Source of the DNA: Marsupella aquatica | Lineage: Eukaryota; Plantae; Marchantiophyta | DNA: 64,000 nucleotides | Reading direction: 5' to 3' | Assembly: GCA_973895155.1 (NCBI GenBank) | Contig: OZ316899.1 | Span: 1,015,573 to 1,079,572, forward strand | Shown: positions 50,801 through 61,512 of the stretch, piece after piece | Layout: the number at the start of each line of letters is the position of its first letter | Numbering within the stretch: the stretch's first letter is position 1 | Made by a program: the position numbers and the translations under genes | Notes under the pieces: generated by a model | Told to the model about the DNA's origin: nothing | What the model saw: only the letters and a program-made list of their open reading frames with translations | Databases searched by the model: none

Positions 50801-53800
50801 GGACCGGGATTGGTCTCGGGATGGGGTTTACTTCCTCCAATTGCGGAATGGACGGATCCCATGAGACTCGCTTTTTATGTCTCGGTCTCGAGTTTTCGGC
50901 CTCAGGCGGTTGTTGGGCTGGTTCATGGTTACAAGGCTCTGAAATGGAAGGAGTAGCCACGGCTCCCTGCTTAGCTGGAGCCGTGTCCTCCGTCTCGACG
51001 AGTTGTTCGTGCGTTTCCTCATCCCCTACAGTAGATGTACTTGGGGTGGACTCAATGGCAGCCCTCGGGTAATTTAGGAGATGTGTTTCTCGGGTTGCTT
51101 CAACTCCGAAGACATCTTCCTCGGATAGGGACGAGATGAGTTCGATCATATTGAGTTCCTCTTCCTCCGAGGTCTCCGAATCATATTCCTCGGGTCCTTG
51201 TGGGGTTTCTCCCTGATAATTGTCCATTGCCCAGGATACCCGTACGGTGGGTTCCCCGAACCGTAGCTCCTTCTTTCCCCAATCCGTGACTACACGGCCA
51301 CCGTACAGCCACGGCCTGCCCAGAAGAACCGGATAAGAGGAGGGACAAACCGGCCTCATGACTAAGAAGTTGAGATAGAACTCTACCCCTCCCACCAGAG
51401 TGAGCACTCGTGTGAGCGTGCCTAATGGGAGGACCCTTGCCCCGTTTGCTAATCTGATAGCTCGGGCCGTGGGTTGATACGTGAGGTATCCTAACTTGAC
51501 TGACGTTTCTTCAGTCATGATGTTGACTCCCGCTCCTCCGTCTACAAGGACCATCTTGATGGTACAGTTATTAATTTCGATCGAGATGTCCGGCGCTCCA
51601 AGGTCCTCGCATATCATGTTGCAGTCCGCACTCCCAACTCGGGGTAGTCTTCTCCTTCGGCGACCCATGAGCAACTCCCTCAGTTGTCGTCTGTACTGTG
51701 GGTTGTTCTGCAGCAGTTGCCCCACCGTCGCTGTAACCGGGCAACTCTTCACGTCCTCCTTAATATCATAGTCCTCCTTTGTTTCTTTCGTTGGCTGCTG
51801 CTTGGCTTCCTCTTGTTTATCTTGCTTTTCTTGCTCCTGACGCCGGGCTGTCTCGGCTGCTTTGATGTCCTTATCGATTGCCTTCTGGTATTCCCGAGCT
51901 TCGTAAGCCTCCAGTTGTTTCTTTACCAATTCTTCGATGCGGGGGAAAAATAGCTTCGGGTCGTCCCGTCGGTAGTCATCGTCCTTTTCCGGGGGTATAT
52001 TTATCGCTGGCTGCACTGGAGTAGTATCTTGCTTTTTCCTCCGTTTCTCCTCCGTCTTTTCTTCCTTCCGTTCGGCCCTTGTCGACACTCGGTAGCACTC
52101 GGCCTCATCCAATGGATTAGGGTGTTCCGCCACGTCCACCAGATTCACCCACTCGGTGTTGTCATCTTGCCATTCTACAGCAATCATTTGGACGACTGCA
52201 TCGCTCGTGACTGGTCCAGCCTGGGCCGGTCTAGCCGCACTCGTTCGAGCAGCGATTACCAACGGACAGTTGGCCGTGGAATGAGCCTCCGTTTTGCAAA
52301 CTTGACATAGTGGGGTGCCTCGGCCATCTCCCTGACGTCTTGGTTCGGTGCATTCCCTCGCAAAGTGTCCTGGCTTTTCACAGTTGTAACAAACCGGGGA
52401 CCGCCAAATCCCTGGCTTAGGAGGGATGCTCGGGTTACTGATAACCTGGAAACTCCGGCCATTACTTGGGTAGGGGTACGCAGTTCTACCCGCTAAATTA
52501 CGCGGACCAACCGTTGAAATCTGGTACACGGAATCAGGAGGGTCCTCAAAGAAATACTCCGTGGACTCCGATTCGGGGCCCGGGTTGTCAACATCATCCA
52601 GCTCTACTTGGTGAACTCGGTTCTTCCACCTTGGGCATTCCTGCACCACATGGCCGGATTGGAAGCACTTTGAACACCATGCATGGGCTCGAATCTCAGA
52701 TGGCTTCTTCTTCTCCACCGGCTTCTCCGCAAGATGTACTGACAGTGCTTTGAGTCGATCCGTGATTTCGTTCAGCTTGTCTGCTTCGGCAGCCTTCGGA
52801 TCTGGTATCGTTCTTCGCGCCCGGGGTTTAATCTTCCCCTCCTTCTTCACTCGTCTCTTCTTCTTTTTGCTCCGGCTTTCGCTCTCCAAGTCACTTCCTG
52901 ATGAACTGGAGGTAGAGGATCCGATGCTTGAAGCTGAATCCGAACTGGATTCCGTCTCGGAGCTGGACGAGGTCGAACGATGTTTCTTCTTCTTCTTCCG
53001 TTTCTTCTTCCTCTCGTCGTCCGATTCGGAGTCACTGTCACTGAAGGTTTCGTACTTACCCTTCCTGCGGCGTGCTCGCTGGCTCCGCCGGGAGTTATAG
53101 GTGGACTCCCGGTAAGTTTCGGCGCACGCTATGGCCGCCTGCATTGAAATTGGATTATTCTGGCGTACCCAGAATTGCATATTCGTGGGCAAACCATGAA
53201 GGAACCATGTAAGCTGGAGCGCGTCTCCTGGCCTGGGCCGAATCTTGGCCGCAAGTTTCTGAAACTTCTGAATGAACTTCCGCAGGGACTCTTTTTTTCC
53301 CATGCGAAGCTGGCCAATCTTTAATAGAGAACGTTGTTCTGATCCAATGGCACGAAACTCCTGCAGCAATGCAGCTTGGAATTGTGCCCAGGTAGTCCCG
53401 GGTGGTAACGAGTTGTACCATGGACGAGCTTCTCCCCGCATTACTCCCGGGAGGACGGTTAGCTTAATGGCCTCTTCCCCATTAGCTTTAGCAGTGGCTT
53501 CAAACTCATCCAACCATTCATCCGGATCATCCCCATGACGCCCTTTGAAAGGTCGATAATGAAATCGCGATCGTTGCGATATTTGTGGAGGCGCCTGAGC
53601 AGCGCGGGCCACCGGTGGAGCGGCTGCCATAGGTGGTGGTGGTGGTGGTGGTGGTGGAACCGCAGCAGGGCCGGTCGAACCGGACCCCGAAGATCCCGGG
53701 GGTATGTTCATACGTCGGGACGATTGCGAGTCCTCCGAGCCCGACGAGTCGGAGCTTGTTGTGGTTGCACTTTCTCGTTCGCTGGTCAATCTCCTCAAGT

Positions 53801-53828
53801 AAGCTGCTTGAGAACGAGTGACGGGCAT
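47832..53828 (-). pseudogene. Single-frame gag-pol polyprotein (~1998 codons) with one premature TAG at 50406-50408
   Basis: Track ORFs 50406-53828 and 47832-50276 are in frame; ASD*VSPIVIVPKK corresponds to RT WVSP; CCHC knuckles, LVDGGAG, FIDDF, RNase H and integrase motifs. Confidence 0.95.
47865..47877 (-). promoter_or_regulatory. Short polypurine tract candidate inside the integrase coding sequence
   Basis: AAGCAGGGAG-CTA immediately before the 3' LTR; identical at 17330-17342. Confidence 0.6.
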
Positions 53829-53920
53829 TTACTCATATAAATGCAATGGTTAGTACTACGTCCTGATGTATCCTGCCTAGGTGAATACGCACATGTCTCC
53901 CCTCTACGATATGTAGAGTG

Positions 53921-53939
53921 CCCCCTCCATCTAGCGCCA
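53921..53939 (-). promoter_or_regulatory. Primer binding site, tRNA-Asn type
   Basis: TGGCGCTAGATGGAGGGGG on the minus strand, 12 nt from the 5' LTR end. Confidence 0.85.
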
Positions 53940-53951
53940 AAACAAAGGCTA

Positions 53952-56900
53952 TGTCACATCGTAGGCTTCGGCCTTAACTCAGACTTCAGCTTAGACGGGC
54001 ACATCCCTCGTAAATCTGAGGGTTCGGGCAGGAAGGGAAGCACGTAATGCACCTTATTCTCATAAACTAGCGCTAAGTGCGCATACTGCTAAATACGGAC
54101 ACCTCCTAGGTATGGTTTGTGTTCCGCCGCCGGAACGTACCTTAGTCGATAGCAGGATCGACCCCGGCTTAAGGGCTTCTAAGCCTTCGTGCTGTCCGCC
54201 TTCGATCCGGATTCGATGATACAGGTTCTCAACCCGTGCTCGCAACCACTTACCCGCAGGCTGCACCCTGTGCACGTCTCGGGTAGTGCGTTCGGCCCGG
54301 CGCTGCCACCCATATACGAGAAACCCACACACATATGCGCACACATGCATACAATCTCGATTTACACGAAGGAAAAATGATGGGAAAGGATTTTTACTAC
54401 AAAGGGAACATATGCGTACACTTAGTTGACACGACAGCCCTGGAATGCACAGGTTCAAGGCCAAGGGTGCACACTACAACGGAGCCCGGCTCCGCACTCG
54501 CCCGGCAAGCTTAGTCCTACCCCCTCCCCTTGGTACTCTGTCATTCCTAGAGGTCGGGACTCCCCGCATGTCCCGCGGATGTCCGACTCTGAAACTAAAA
54601 ACCCCCCCTGCCTCTACCGAGGGGTGCACTAAATACTAAGAGCCGAGGAACGGGGCGTCCTCCCGCCGAAGATTCGCTGACCAAGGTCCTAACTAAGCTG
54701 ACAGTCAGGCCGGAAAACGGCTGTGTCTTATTAGAAGATCCTAATCTACGCAGGCTGGACAGCAGGGCAGCGCTGCCGTACCTAAGGCAGGTGCCTGTCC
54801 CAAGAGCCTGACTAAGCCAATCCTAATCCTAATCTATTCCTACTCCGCCGCTAATGCCTGGCACGCTTGCCAGAGCCGCCCGAATGGGAACGGCCATCCC
54901 GCTGCCTTCGAAGCCTGTCATTGTCCGCTTTGAGGAGCTGGACCTGGTCCAGCAGAGATTCGTTCTCTCGCCTCGCCGCGTCCGTCTCCTCTGCTGCCTC
55001 CTGACATGCCTCCTCCAGCTGCTGGGCGTCGCTCGCCAGTTTACTCGCCAGCTGGTCCTGCTTCTCGGCCTCGGTTTGGAGCCGCGCCATCTCGGCCTGC
55101 AGCGTGGCTATCTCCGTCGCATCCCGCTGGGCTCGCTCCTCGGCCTCCTCCAGGTCTTTCTGCCAGGTGACAGCTTGTTTCTTCAAACTGTCAATCTGGT
55201 TCCGGAGTCGTGTAATCTCGGCCTCGTTCCCAGCTTTGGCCTGTTCGGCTAGGGCGGTAAGAGCGTACGCCTTTGCTAACAACTCATCGGCGGCTGCAAC
55301 CTTGGGTCGTAGTTGCAGAAGCTCAGCCTCTTGAGCCGCCACTTCGTTCTTTAGGTACACGGACTCCTCCCGGTACCGCTCTATCCTCTGAAGGGCCTCC
55401 GACTGGGCCCGCCCTGCCTTTACGGCGGCAACCAACTCCTGATTGAAGAAACAGGCTACCTTCCGAGCCATGAACTCCCCGGTATCCCGGGCAATTTGAT
55501 GAGAGAAATCTCCCAGAAGCCCGTTCAGAAACGTACCCTGTACGAAGAGTTCCGGGTGGTCCAAGTTGTGCCTGTCCGGATTTGGGCACGGGCAGACATC
55601 AACACGCGCAGGGGCCGGGGCAGTGACGTCCAGCCCTGGGGACATAACGTTGGAAGGGGCCGGAGTATCCTCCTGCAGCGATGTCCGGTTCTCCGGAATT
55701 GCCACCGGCGGGTCCTTGGGAGACCCGGGTTCGGGTAAGACCTCTGCCGTACCAACTTCTGTACTTAGCCCGGCTAGTTGGGTCGCATCAACGGTTGCGA
55801 CGACCGACCCCTCCGGCGCCTCCTCGGTTACGATTACAACTATTTGTGGAGGTGGGGTGGGTGAAGCTGGCGTGTCCACTGGACTTCGGGCCTCGGGTTG
55901 GGGCCGTCTCTCCAATGCCAGAAAAACCCACCTAGCTGGGACCAGCTTTGTAACGTTGATGCGGGGAAGGGTTCGTCGATCAAACCGGGCATACCACTCA
56001 AGAATGATTTCGATGTGGCTAGCGAAATACGCCTTCCCGCCAATGTACAGCGTCTTCCTTCGCCGCTCCATCTCTTCATGGAATTTCTTAGCGAAGTACG
56101 ACGCCCACTTCCTAGGTCGATAGTTCTCGACCTGGATGACCTGGGCGGCGGAGATCTCCCCCCGGGGTTCCATCAAGTGGAGAGCGTACCTCTGGAACTC
56201 CAGCCGCTCAGCTATCTCGGGCATGAGGCAGGTCCTCATCACGAACCCGTTGTCTACTGATCCCTCTGAGGGAAAACTTGAAGATTGGTACTTGGCCCCC
56301 TTGCCCCCGGGAGCCCGTGATTCGACTCGATGGTCACCTTCGGGTAACCCGAAGATCATCTTGAGCCGTTCTTCTGTGAGGGACATATTCCTTCCCCGCA
56401 GCCGAGTCTGTTGACGTACGTCGTCATAATTCTTGACGAATTCTGTCATGTCCTCCCCGTAGTACCTGCAAGTGTTCCAGGGGAGAGAGGCGAGGTGCTC
56501 AAATCCCTGAGTCTTCAGGTACACCGCATGCTTGGGATGGAGGATGTTGCTGTGAACGTTTTCCCCCATGCGATGCATCGTTACCTTGGCTACGGCTACC
56601 GTGGCTAACGGTAACCCGGATGCACTGGCGGATTCCTTTCTCTTCTTTCCCCGTGACTGACTCGGGGAAGGTGATACTTCCCCATCCTCCCGATCGGGCC
56701 TGGGGAGTGCCACTGCGGTTGGTAACGGGCCCGGGGCGGCCACGGTCACCATGTTGTCTGCTGGGGCCGCTCCTGGGGTCAGAGCAGGGGGTGGGGACGG
56801 TATAGTGTCGGCCCCCCGAGCGCTTGTTCCTCTGGGCCGCCTGGTCAAGGGTGGGGTAGCCTCGTCGTCATCGCTAAGATCCACAGCGTTGATGACGGAG

Positions 56901-57953
56901 CGTACCTGTGCTGGCTGGGTGATAGGTGGTGGGGTTTGGCTAGGCTGCGGCTGAGGCTGAAGCTGAAGCTGAGGTTGCATGGGCACGGGTACGGGTACGG
57001 GTCCGGCTGAGTTGGTCATGTTGGTTGATGGCCGAGTTCCCATGAAGCTCTGTAGGTGCTGGTAGAAGTTCTCCGAAGCGAGTGCGGACGCCCTTGTCGA
57101 ACGGTTGGTACTGGACTCGCCGTTAATGACTGCCCGAACCTGGGCAGGGATGTGGTCGAAGTGATGTCGCTGCAGGTCGATTGTACCCGGGATATTGAAG
57201 ACCTCGTCCGAAAGCCGAAGCAATGCTTCCCAGAACCCGATATATTTGTCTCCGTCAAAGAAGTACCCAGATACCTCAGCTGGTCGGTAAAGCTCGCTCT
57301 GAGACGGGTAGTCAAAGTTAAGGACGTAGTGGTGTCGTCCTGCTAGGCGGATGGCTCTCTCGTATTCGCGTTCGATCTCGTATCGGCGTGGGTTGGCGTG
57401 TTTCAATGAATCGGCCAAGTGCCTTCCGGTAGATAGGAACTGCGTCCAGAATCGAATGGCCGAGCTGGAGAGGATCGTGTGCGACATTCAAAGGAGATAG
57501 TAGTGGCGACCTAGAGAGAACGAGAGAGCTGGGGTCGAAGCTGGCGCGCGGACTGATGGACTGGTGCACTACAAAGGGTTGGCTCCCCTTTTATACTTTG
57601 AGGGCTTGTCGATCCCCGACGTCTCCTCGACGCCCATAGGTTGAACCGCTCACGCTTGTGGTGTACCGGCCACTCCGCCGGTCTGAGTCAGCGTGCGTCA
57701 GTGGCCGCTTCCTTAAGTTCGTTATACGGACCCGAGGGAGGGGCCACTCCATGCTCATAACCCGGGTGTGCGAATAGCGACCCGCCGCCAGCCCGAAGCT
57801 GAAGTCCCCCTTATTGCCTAATGATGTCCTACCCCTAATGATTACCTAAATACTGTCGTTATGCTAATAATAGCGGCCTAAGACCCACCTAACGCGCGTG
57901 CCGAGCGCAGTTAGACTGAATCACTCATTAACCACCGTACCGGCGGCGTCACA
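53952..57953 (-). repeat. 5' LTR of element A (4002 bp)
   Basis: Direct repeat of 43863-47864; followed by PBS and gag. Confidence 0.97.
54851..57487 (-). CDS. 878-aa LTR-encoded accessory protein (5' LTR copy)
   Basis: Intact; 10 amino-acid differences from the 3' LTR copy. Confidence 0.9.
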   Translation of the reverse strand: MSHTILSSSAIRFWTQFLSTGRHLADSLKHANPRRYEIEREYERAIRLAGRHHYVLNFDYPSQSELYRPAEVSGYFFDGDKYIGFWEALLRLSDEVFNIPGTIDLQRHHFDHIPAQVRAVINGESSTNRSTRASALASENFYQHLQSFMGTRPSTNMTNSAGPVPVPVPMQPQLQLQPQPQPSQTPPPITQPAQVRSVINAVDLSDDDEATPPLTRRPRGTSARGADTIPSPPPALTPGAAPADNMVTVAAPGPLPTAVALPRPDREDGEVSPSPSQSRGKKRKESASASGLPLATVAVAKVTMHRMGENVHSNILHPKHAVYLKTQGFEHLASLPWNTCRYYGEDMTEFVKNYDDVRQQTRLRGRNMSLTEERLKMIFGLPEGDHRVESRAPGGKGAKYQSSSFPSEGSVDNGFVMRTCLMPEIAERLEFQRYALHLMEPRGEISAAQVIQVENYRPRKWASYFAKKFHEEMERRRKTLYIGGKAYFASHIEIILEWYARFDRRTLPRINVTKLVPARWVFLALERRPQPEARSPVDTPASPTPPPQIVVIVTEEAPEGSVVATVDATQLAGLSTEVGTAEVLPEPGSPKDPPVAIPENRTSLQEDTPAPSNVMSPGLDVTAPAPARVDVCPCPNPDRHNLDHPELFVQGTFLNGLLGDFSHQIARDTGEFMARKVACFFNQELVAAVKAGRAQSEALQRIERYREESVYLKNEVAAQEAELLQLRPKVAAADELLAKAYALTALAEQAKAGNEAEITRLRNQIDSLKKQAVTWQKDLEEAEERAQRDATEIATLQAEMARLQTEAEKQDQLASKLASDAQQLEEACQEAAEETDAARRENESLLDQVQLLKADNDRLRRQRDGRSHSGGSGKRARH

Positions 57954-58221
57954 CAGACTATTACCCTTGTGGAGTTACTCGAACCAGAAGACATCCGACA
58001 GCAAGCTTGAGGAGTAGTCTAAGTGTTTTTAGTTAGTTTTAAGAGTAGTGCATCTTATCTGATTTTTATAAATGCGTTCTAGAGCTTTGGAAGCTGTCAT
58101 ACTTCTTCAGTATATAGTTTGTACCTAGGAAAGCCTGCTGGCAAAACCTTTGAGTTTTCTGACTTATAGTTAGGAAGTTAAAAATAGTTGAATTCATCAA
58201 GTCTTTAAGAATACCGCATTA

Positions 58222-58312
58222 CAAGTTTACTAGTTTAAGAGTTACTAGTTTACGATTACGAGTTTTGCTAAGTAAACTTCTTACGAGTTTACTAGTTTAC
58301 TAGTTTACGAGT
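58222..58312. repeat. Degenerate 8-bp tandem repeat GTTTAC(G/T)A
   Basis: Repeated GTTTACTA/GTTTACGA units. Confidence 0.75.
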
Positions 58313-59399
58313 TCATACTTACCCATTTTTCCGGCTTTTCACTTATTGAATCGCCATTTTAACTTTTTGAAGGGTATGAAGAGGCATGTCTCTTTGACCC
58401 CGTGACCTCTCACTCGGTAGATTTTGACTATAAGATAACTCTACCACTAGTGTAGATTATGGTTAAGTTGTGCATTTTTGCCTCTCCCTCTTGTTAAGTA
58501 TTGATTCTGAACCTATGAGTTCTAAATCAGGCTTAATAACAGGAGAGACTTACCTCCTTCTTGTGTTTCTACACTTATCATAAACACAGGAAGTAAAATT
58601 GCATTTGTAAGAAATCTTTGGATCTTGTGATGACAGATTCCTCCTTGGTGACTCATTACAAATTCCTAAGTTCTTAAAGTTAACTCATTGAGTTTATGTC
58701 TTAATGAATTTGATGGATTTTCTTTCATGATACTTAGTACCATCTAAATGTTGAAGTAGCTACCTTTTAGATCTTATCTGAGTACCACTTAGAAAGAAAG
58801 GATAAGACATGTTGACGGCATTTTAAAAGGTACTCTAGTAAGCATTTTAGATCTGAAAAGCAAACGTGGATTTGAATCCTTAAGTTTTTTCATTTTGACT
58901 TATGTCTAAGGAGAAACCTTGGTCTATTCCAGACTCCCTTAGCATACTTTAAGATATTTTTGGTGTATTTTGTTAATCGTTCCCTTTTCATTAATTTATG
59001 GTTACCCAATGCTGAGTTACCATTAAAAACTACTCACCGCTGTGGAGCGATCTTCAAAATACCTTATTAAAGTAATCAAACTTGATTACTATGTGTGGAA
59101 AACATTTTTAGTTCTTTATTATTGTTTAAATCTATCAAACCAACCCCATCTTGTTCTTTACGGGAACGAATACCGAGTTTGAAGACCTTTAAGTATGTTT
59201 TTGGTTCTTCATAGCAAACTACATTGATTACTATCAATCCTCAGGAGAGAGAACTCCTTGGTGAGGTTATGCCAAATCAACATCTTATTTGATCTTTTTA
59301 GTACCAATTTGCTTTTCATTCACTCTTACACGGAATGAATTCAGGTCTTTAGAAGTTAAAGTGTTCTTTAACGGTCTGACCACTCTACCACATGCTTTT

Positions 59400-59415
59400 T
59401 GGCGCCGCTGCCGGG
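59400..59415 (+). promoter_or_regulatory. Primer binding site, tRNA-Asp type (Athila-like)
   Basis: TGGCGCCGCTGCCGGG, 7 nt after the LTR end; one mismatch to the Athila-type PBS TGGCGCCGTTGCCGGG. Confidence 0.85.
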
Positions 59416-60027
59416 AAGTGACCTGAGAAGTGAAGGTACTTTGATAGATTTGAGTTGTGCAGAGGTTGAAGTAATCAAAGGAGACCATTTCTAGAGAGAC
59501 CCCTCCTGAGTGGAAGGCCTTCAGAGCAAGCAGCCTCGAATCAATTCAAGTCAGTATTGGACGGAAGCGGTGCAATCAGCATAATGGAAGGAGTATATTT
59601 GAATGGATATGTTGATTCCGTAGAAGAATCTGAGCATGAAAAACATTCATTAAACTCCAGAAGCAAACCATATACAATCTTCAATGCTTCTAGAGCCTTC
59701 CAAGTGGAGTATGTGCATGCATTGGAGACCATGGATTTTGAAGAAGATCACTTTCCTTTGAAAGAACGGAAATGATTAATTGCAAAAATGAAGAGAATTC
59801 TAGCAAAGGGAAGCCGAGATTCAAAGAGGCACTCCAACAAGGAAGTATAGAGGAGTGGGAGTGAAATCCGGATTGTAGTGATATCCGGATTTTGAAGGAA
59901 GGATTGTGGTGATATCCAGATTTGGGAGGAAATCCGGACAGAAGGAATATTTCCGGAAGAGTCATCTCAAATTGGTAATAGTAAGTTGTTGATGATTGTC
60001 GAGACTTGTAGGCCAAGATGAGTAGGT

Positions 60028-61512
60028 ATGAGCGGAGTACCTTCAGGTGAAGCGGAGGAAACCGAGGAAGTTCCAAGTCAAGATCTTCACTCTTCCTCTC
60101 TACCACAAAGTGATTACGGGAGTCCACAGAACCCCCGTGTTGGTGCGGTATCTTCAGTTCTAGGATTGTGGACGAGCGGAGGAACACCAGACCAACCAAC
60201 CAGGACTAGACCTGCATACATGAATCTGAGGTTTGGGCCTAAACTCGTCATGCCTTCTCTTAGGGGAAAAAGAAGGACTTTGGCGCAACCGAGTACAACT
60301 TCAGCACAAACTCTGGCAACGTCACCAACACCACCACCACCAGGAGGACTTGCAATGGTGAGCCGGTTGAGAATTCAATACGATTACTTCAGAGGGAAGA
60401 AGTCTAACTTTGAAGCCTGGATGGAGAATTTTGAGGCTGTGGCGATGTCCAACGGAGATGATGCACCGGATATAAAAGCTAAAATTTTTGGAGGTCTCAT
60501 GAGAGGAGAAGCCAGAACATGGTACTCTAACCTGGAAAATACAGCTGATTGGGCTATGGTTAAACCAGAATTTCTGAAGGCCATCCGAGAAGATGGAGCC
60601 ACTGCTCGGGCCTTTACCCGATTGAATTCCATAATGATGAAGAAGGCGGACTCCTTGAGTGGTTACCTCCAAAGGATTAACAGGCTAATCAAGAAAGTTA
60701 CACCAGCTCCACTGGCTTACTTGATCAAGAAATGGTTTATCCAAGGCCTCTACCCTGGACTAAATAAGTTTGTGAGAAGGTCCAATCCTACCACGTTGAC
60801 TGAGGCTTATGATGTAGCTCAATCTTATATAGATGCCAATCTCTCCCAAAGGTCCCAGCTGGCAAAGGAGATAGAAGAAGAAGAAAGGAAAAAGAAAAAG
60901 AAGTCTAAGAAAAAGAAACAAGCCAATTCTTCCTCTTCTGAAGATGATACATCTAGTGAGAGTAAGGACAGTGGAGATGATACAGACAGCACTGATGAGG
61001 AGGAGGTGAAATCCAAGAAAGTGTCCATTGTAAAACATGCAAAAATGGCAAAAAGTGAAGGCAAAATGGTAGACATCATGGAGGGTCTTGCCAAACAGAT
61101 GAAGGGATTGGCAGTAAACCTTGCGATGAATAACCCACCATGGAGGCCCTTACAACAACAGAGGTACAATGTGTGGTGCGCGGTTTGTAAGAAAATGGGC
61201 CATTACCCTAATGAATGCCCTAGCTCAAAGCAAGTGAATTACATTGCAAGTGAAGATTATGAGGGTGAGATGGACTGTGATCCGGAGTTCCAGAGGTATG
61301 AAGATTCAGTGTACCAAGTTCAACCTCAGGGCCTTGTACAATACTTCCCTAGACCACCAGTAAGAGCTCAAGGAGGACCTAATAGACCTGTCTATAAGCC
61401 ACCTATGGCGCCACCAGGAGGATACCCACCACGAGGAACTTTGCCAAGAGGTGTATGTTGGAATTGTGGAGATCAGTCCCATTTTCACCAAATGTCCGTG
61501 GCCAAAGTGTGA
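60028..61512 (+). pseudogene. gag of family G, truncated by the family F LTR insertion
   Basis: FEAWMENFEAVA..GEARTWY gag core, CAVCKKMGHYPNEC and partial CWNCGDQSHF knuckles; the stop codon is supplied by the inserted LTR. Confidence 0.88.

Larger units (their letters stand above)
43863..57953 (-). mobile_element. Structurally complete Ty3/gypsy non-chromovirus element, family A (14091 bp)
   Basis: TSD CAGAC at 43858-43862 and 57954-57958; 4002-bp LTRs with TG..CA ends; PBS; gag-PR-RT-RH-IN; no chromodomain. Confidence 0.97.
41700..59392 (+). mobile_element. 5' LTR of family G, split by a foldback-like insert and by element A; left boundary uncertain
   Basis: Sequence is continuous across the CAGAC TSD; ends CTACCACA at 59392, followed by a PBS and gag. 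Confidence 0.55.

Noticed and set aside
43863-57953. Tandem or segmental duplication instead of LTRs
   Set aside because: The 5-bp TSD, TG..CA ends, PBS and PPT all coincide with the repeat boundaries.
58222-58312. CRISPR-like array
   Set aside because: 8-bp degenerate tandem units with no spacers and no cas genes.
59557-59775. Upstream 72-aa ORF in the family G leader as an Ogre-like ORF1
   Set aside because: Short, single copy in the window, no homology evidence.
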